64,000 nucleotides of DNA from Camelus dromedarius. Its lineage: Eukaryota. Numbering within the stretch: the first letter of the stretch is position 1; every line of letters begins with the position of its first letter. The notes under the pieces are model-generated. The model was not told the origin of the DNA. It made no database searches and saw only the letters and a list, made by a program, of their open reading frames with translations. Below are positions 61,599 to 64,000 of this stretch, one piece after another. The position numbers were made by a program, and so were the translations under genes. Where the stretch lies: NCBI RefSeq assembly GCF_036321535.1, contig NC_087437.1, positions 15,130,001 through 15,194,000 on the forward strand, read 5' to 3'.

Positions 61599-61997
61599 TG
61601 ACTCAGGCCATGGGCACTGAGCACCCCTGCATGTCTTTTATGGATATGCAAAAGATGCAAGGCCCTGGCCACTCTTTGCTCAGGTCATTGATCAGGGTTA
61701 TGTTAGCAGAGAGCAACCTTGGGGGATGATCAACATCTTCCTCCAGGACAAAGGTGACTCCTCATCCTCCAAGTTAAGTGTTTCTCACTGTGATGCAGGC
61801 CTATTACATGTATGACATCCATCTGGGCTGCTCCATGTCACCCCATGGGACCTGGGAGATAAGAGGACTGACACTAACACGAAGTGCATGTTGCTTGCTG
61901 TGATGCGAGAAAAAGGTCTCCGTCTCTGACCTAGGAGTTGCATGTCTTTGGCTGTGGTGGCTAACTTGGTAGCTCTTGGAAAGATAAGGTCCCAGAC
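61599..61997 (+). mobile_element. ERVL-class LTR (MER76/MER54-like) nested in the L1
   Basis: CAGGCCATGG..TGCAAGGCCCTG..CTCTTT..GAGCAACCTTG..GGACAAAG..CATCCATCTGGG..GTCTCTGACCTAGGAG..GGCTAACTTG. Confidence 0.7.
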
Positions 61998-62125
61998 AGA
62001 CAGACAGACAGACACCCACATCACTGGTCACCTTTAGAAATTATTAGGACACAAAGATAAGGTCCCAGACAGACAGACAGACAGACACCCACATCACTGG
62101 TCACCTTTAGAAATTATTAGGACAC
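61980..62125. repeat. Perfect 2 x 73-bp tandem duplication
   Basis: 61980-62052 is identical to 62053-62125, each copy containing (AGAC)5. Confidence 0.95.
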
Positions 62126-64000
62126 CAGCTTATTGTTTTGAAAATTGGTAAAAGGCAAGCATTTATTGCAATTCCTGCACAAACTATACATCAGGGTAAC
62201 TAAATAGTTGATGTAGGAAAGTTCTTTGTAGATGAATGTTAGCTAATAAGTTCAAAAGGGGTGGACAGAATTTGAAAATCACCATTTTGCACAACCTAAT
62301 GTAATAATTAATCTAGGAAATGTTCGTTAATGACTGTCCTTTAAAACCACTAGCTAGAATGTTGATGAAAAATTCTGCAGTGCATCACTCTACAATGAAT
62401 AGCTCACAAAAACAGAGACAAGCATTTATGCAACTCTTGCTGCAAAAAATAAGAACCAAATTGCACCATCTATGAAATGTTCTTACAGAAAATTGCTCAT
62501 GAATCTGATTAAACCTCCAGACCTAACTACCATTCACAGGAAAGCGGGAACAGAGAAACATGTGAATGACACCAAGAGGGTGCAGTCAACAAAGTCCAGA
62601 ATATGGGAATCTCTGCAGGACAGATGACTTGGTTTCTTCAATAAATAAATGACTAGGGAACAAAATTAAAAAGAGAGAGGCAGAAATGCCGGATATTGCA
62701 GGAGACTTAAGTAATGCCCATCAAATTCAATCAATGTGTGAACTTTGTTTGGATGTTTTAAACAAACCATTTATTAAAAAGCCATTTCATGAAACAACTG
62801 AGGAATTTAAACATGATGGAATAAATATTCCATGATGGCATTAAGGAATAATTGTTAACTTTTAGGTGTCACAATAGCATGTGGTTATGTTTTTGAAGAA
62901 AGAGTCCTTACTTCTTAGGAACTAAAGTATGCACAGATGAAACGATCTGTCTGGAATTTACTTTGAATGAATCCAGTGCCTAGAGGCAGAGGAAGGAGTG
63001 GGAGTGGGGCTTGGAGATGAGACCAGATCCATCATATGCTAATTATTACAGCTGGTCCTGGACACATGGGGATTTGTTCTACTATTTTCTTTACTTTTAT
63101 AATTGACGATTTCCATAATTTAAAAAAAAGTATTTCTAAGCAAAATGGTGCTATTCCTGGGCTTCTTAAATAATGCAACTAATGAAGTCCAAATATACAC
63201 CAGTTGTGTATTTGATGGAATTAAAACAGTACACCAAATCTGAGAGGAAGGAATTAATCTATTGAAATGAAGCTGACTTTCTAAAAATGGTGAACATTCC
63301 ATCCTAAAGAGCATTTGGGACCATTTTGTCCCACGCCCTTACCTAAGTAGACAGTTTGCTTTTAATTCACTTTCTGGAAATTACTAGCTTAAAGAGAAGG
63401 CAAAAACACTGTCAATCATGTGAAAGACATCAGGGTTTTGGTTACCAAAAGGGGATTGATATGCTTGAAAAGATTGGAACTCGCTGGGCTGGGGGTAAGT
63501 GGAGTGCACCCCTCGGGATGCTGCCCTGGCTTCCTCTGCCCTGTCCCAGAATCCACTAGGCACCTTCTCTCTGTACTGGGAGCCTGCCATCGGGCCCTCC
63601 GGGGTCAAGCTCGCTCAGGCTGATCCTCCCCTCTTCCCTCTCTTTGCCCATCTCTCTCCAGCTCCTGTGTCTGGACCTGCAGCCACATGTAATACAGAAT
63701 GGGAAGCCGCAGACGCCTGGCCCTGCCATAAATCTGCCCTCGGGGAGTGAGGCCCATCCTCTCTTTGACCCTCTCCTCCTCATAGACCCTTCCCTCCATC
63801 CTCACTATTCATCCCCTGGGTTTCCAGACAGGCCTTCCTTCACCATCCCCATCAGGGAAGGCAGCCTCCTGTGTGCTCCCCAGGGCCCAGTGGCAGACCT
63901 GCATCCTCTCCTGCGAAGTGCTGGCCTCCTGGGGAAGCTGGCCAGCCTGGAGCCTCTCGAGCCCTCCCAGTCCTTTGCAGGCCGCTACCCATGATGGGAA

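Larger units (their letters stand above)
59580..63128 (+). mobile_element. Old L1 (L1MC-type) 3' region carrying several nested insertions
   Basis: TGGAGGGGAATTTGGTAATATCTA..CTTCTAGGAACCTATCC; TAGCAATAAGCAC..GGTCTCTAAATACCAT; end CATGGGGATTTGTTCTACTATT..TTTCCATAAT plus an A-run. Confidence 0.8.

Overview
Mammalian genomic DNA. Two Vic-1-type tRNA-derived SINEs and young artiodactyl-type L1 3' ends suggest a camelid (alpaca, llama or camel). The only gene I can support is the 5' end of SLCO2A1 (prostaglandin transporter OATP2A1/PGT) on the minus strand. It comprises a CpG-island promoter with a TATA box (20966-20972), an Inr-like start near 20940, and coding exon 1 (20817-20719, MGLLPESSERQGSGGASADRAGRCPRSIFSNIK|gtgag). 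The ORF track missed this exon. Bases 1-20718 are intron 1 (exon 2 was not found in the window) and about 21.6-64 kb is upstream intergenic DNA. The rest is ordinary eutherian repeat landscape: MaLR/ERVL/ERV1 LTRs, L1, L2, MIR, MER5A/20/53/81 and microsatellites. Nearly all listed ORFs are chance frames. I found no convincing novel biological system. The most unusual structures are: a back-to-back pair of young L1 3' ends with three copies of one target site, forming a long intronic hairpin; a local copy of an L1/flank junction; a perfect 73-bp tandem duplication; a (CA)59 tract; and a miR-1302-like MER53 hairpin. Repeat subfamily names come from recalled consensus sequences and repeat boundaries are approximate.
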